From NCBI GenBank assembly GCA_016934535.1, contig JAFGSQ010000062.1, positions 1 through 36,946 of the forward strand: a stretch of DNA of 36,946 nt, read 5' to 3'. The notes beneath the pieces were generated by a model. The model was not told where the DNA came from. It did no database searches and was given only the letters and a program-made list of their open reading frames with translations. Below are positions 35,901 to 36,946 of the stretch, one piece after another. The position numbers were made by a program, and so were the translations under genes. The stretch comes from a candidate division WOR-3 bacterium. GTDB taxonomy: Bacteria; SDB-A. The stretch's first letter is position 1. Every line of letters starts with the position of its first letter.

Positions 35901-36615
35901 CACTGGAAACCAATGCGGTTCTGGCGGCGTAATCAATCTTTGGAAGATCGGAATAATTGATTATGAGTGATCTCAAAACTCTGTCCCAATTTTGCGTTCT
36001 CAGCCTGTCTTCACCGATTTTCCCTTGTCCTCCGGAAAATGAAACTGAAAAATCAATTTTGTTATATACCGTGAGTATTTCTGATTCAGAATTCCAGCTG
36101 AAGGGCATGACTGTTATTGTGACAAGATCAACTCCTCTGAGGCTCCATTTTTCAGAAATGAAAACGTTTTGAGAAGGATAAGTTTTATTTCCCAAATAAA
36201 TTTCTGAATCTGGTATGTAACGCAGGGGCGAATCATCGTTGTCTGAAGGAATCTCAAAAGCTGGAACTGGCAATACCCCTTCGTATATCTCGGTTTCAGC
36301 GCTGCTGACATTTAACATGACTTCAGCGCCTTTTGGAACGGCTATTACCTTAGAAAAAGCAGGGAAACCGGGTTTTCCAGGTTCTCCTGGAAGAACTATG
36401 CCGGATGCTGAAACTTCCTGGTATATTATCCCATCGGCTTCAAAATCAGCGATTTCAAAAAATCCGAGTACAAAATTCATATCGAGTCCTGTAATGTCAG
36501 ATCTGCTGATATCCAAACGCATGATGTCCCGTCTGTTCGTCTGAGAAATTGCCTGAGAATTTACAGTTGATGTCGTAATGATTATCATTAAAAGGACTTG
36601 TAATAAATATTTCAC
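32974..36615 (-). CDS. Secreted C25 (gingipain-family) cysteine peptidase with the same C-terminal domain set
   Basis: GTG start with AAGGAGG; propeptide (GKPGFP); SDNIYAD, IGRI; dyad RDHG and TNC; HFGDP; tail YPNP...YDVSGR...WDGR...GTYFYR. Confidence 0.9.
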   Translation of the reverse strand: MKYLLQVLLMIIITTSTVNSQAISQTNRRDIMRLDISRSDITGLDMNFVLGFFEIADFEADGIIYQEVSASGIVLPGEPGKPGFPAFSKVIAVPKGAEVMLNVSSAETEIYEGVLPVPAFEIPSDNDDSPLRYIPDSEIYLGNKTYPSQNVFISEKWSLRGVDLVTITVMPFSWNSESEILTVYNKIDFSVSFSGGQGKIGEDRLRTQNWDRVLRSLIINYSDLPKIDYAARTALVSSDSKNNAEFIILVPDDSIFIVWAESIRDFRIEEGIITQVFTLTDIGGSTSTIIDNFISDAYYNWTIPPEAVLILSDYPASGKDYGITSPMYNSYCVSDNIYADVDGDNLPDMAIGRICAQNEDQLREMITKDFELERNPTTEALFYDNPISACGWQYERWFQLCAEVIWGFWDKSLSKDPVRVYAIYQAPNPAPGMAWSSAAYTSTVVNYFNALGYIEMTVPNGINWYGTAADIVNSVNSGAFMLQHRDHGSVDGWGEPGFNISNINQLQNLPNKYPFVMSTNCLTGKYNNSSEVFAERFHRITEKGAVGVNAASEVSYSFVNDVYAWGLYDYLWPWFDPNQGSGSEADVRPGWAMMYAKYYLSYSSWCGSTSKPVTYHLMHHFGDPYMRMCSEVPQHLTVTHPDAVLAGVDSFAVEAPAGSIVAFSRGANVIGRGEGTGSLEFYSIEPQNAGDTIKLAVISQNFYRYTRKLMVVPASLPFVVFSHISDTTGGNSNGQFNPGQTYSLTLQVSNWGGVTAQNVLGYLTSSDPNVTILNDTVNYGSINSMDTTQTTQTLGILLSNSIPDSTSVLFEIRCFDSNDSEWTSQVIVMSNSPDLSVSSLGGPETIEPGNDFRISAGLKNSGSGTAYEIEFSCEINDSYFSVPDSHALIDSLLSQEEVILDSAFRIIVAPSCPQGRFAEMILTARSQGGMVFSDTFTIGAGVAFAEDFETGGPTWSHSGPSSWHVTEHASHSPVKSMYCGNENSWQYSNSVANSRVISPDLHYVSNSVLSFWHRYEMANNYDKVQLQYSTDGGTIWTLINPEEGYTGAWAYAPYDSIYTGSQTAWQEQNIRLYGEGTMKLSWLFFSNPTISAEGYYFDDVTLSLGSGFVGAEEEETPVERAYVFAINRIYPNPMRNRAVIAYSIGEESMVSVSVYDVSGRIVRTLVDAVLKPGTYRSEWDGRDEFGQFVGSGTYFYRMTAGSFSAGEKLILIR

Positions 36616-36740
36616 TTTGCCTCCTTATTTAATTATTCTTTTAATTTTACAATCTTTTAATAATTTGTCCATTTATAAATGACTGTTTTTAATTAAAACA
36701 AGTTTAATCTTGCCGTCTGAAAACAATACTTTTGAATCAA

Positions 36741-36763
36741 ATTCGCGTCCATTCGTGGTTAAA
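36741..36763. repeat. Short REP-like tandem decamer ATTCGCGTCC-ATTCGTGGTT-AAA
   Basis: Two imperfect 10-nt units forming a GC-richer island in an AT-rich spacer. Confidence 0.4.
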
Positions 36764-36784
36764 TCTTCTTTTTCTTTCTATTTT

Positions 36785-36817
36785 AAAATAAAAGAGGGGA
36801 GCACAGCTCCCCTCTTT
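36785..36817 (-). terminator. Intrinsic terminator after the partial CTD-bearing gene
   Basis: Perfect 12-bp inverted repeat AAAGAGGGGAGC-aca-GCTCCCCTCTTT (36791-36817), followed by TATTTT on the minus strand. Confidence 0.85.
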
Positions 36818-36840
36818 AGTTCAAGTTAAAGTCTTTTTTC

Positions 36841-36946
36841 TTATCTCACTACCACTATCTTGTTGGCGTCCTGGAACGAACCGGCCACTATCCTGTAGAA
36901 ATATGTTCCCGATGAAACAAGAGATCCTCTCTCGTCTCTTCCGTCC
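36841..36946 (-). CDS. 3' end of a third protein with a FlgD-Ig/CTD tail (partial)
   Basis: Manual translation DGRDERGSLVSSGTYFYRIVAGSFQDANKIVVVR* matches the tails of both C25 proteins. Confidence 0.88.
   Translation of the reverse strand, partial: DGRDERGSLVSSGTYFYRIVAGSFQDANKIVVVR

Noticed and set aside
1-36946. tRNA, rRNA, CRISPR arrays, transposases or integrases, alternative genetic code
   Set aside because: Intergenic spaces are short with no such patterns visible, and all conserved genes translate full length with the standard code.

Overview
Gene-dense bacterial chromosomal window (standard genetic code) from a diderm, probably FCB-type anaerobe; the C25 proteases with FlgD-Ig-like tails resemble those of candidate phylum WOR-3 (inference). 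From left to right on the minus strand: partial secG, tpiA, pgk, gap, a YtxH/DUF948-like pair, acylphosphatase, rpoN, lptB, lptA-like, lptC-like, leuS, purQ, purL and a beta-barrel-like gene. A plus-strand operon follows: DUF47, PiT, DJ-1, thiN, an uncharacterised pair of YbjN-like-domain proteins (one fused to a cytoplasmic trypsin/HtrA-type protease and a zinc ribbon), and a SemiSWEET-like protein. The rest holds ornithine carbamoyltransferase, a small exported protein, a PAS hybrid histidine kinase, an orphan HerA-like ATPase, a LapA-like protein, an M42 aminopeptidase and an array of at least three genes sharing a C-terminal sorting-like domain (two complete C25 gingipain-family proteases plus the 3' end of a third gene). 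I saw no rRNA, tRNA, CRISPR array or transposase. The best candidate for an undescribed system is the YbjN-like partner + protease (+ small membrane protein) module at 18364-20848. Also notable are likely leaderless mRNAs, an elongated Lpt bridge and domain shuffling among the C25 proteases. All family calls come from motif recognition, not database searches.
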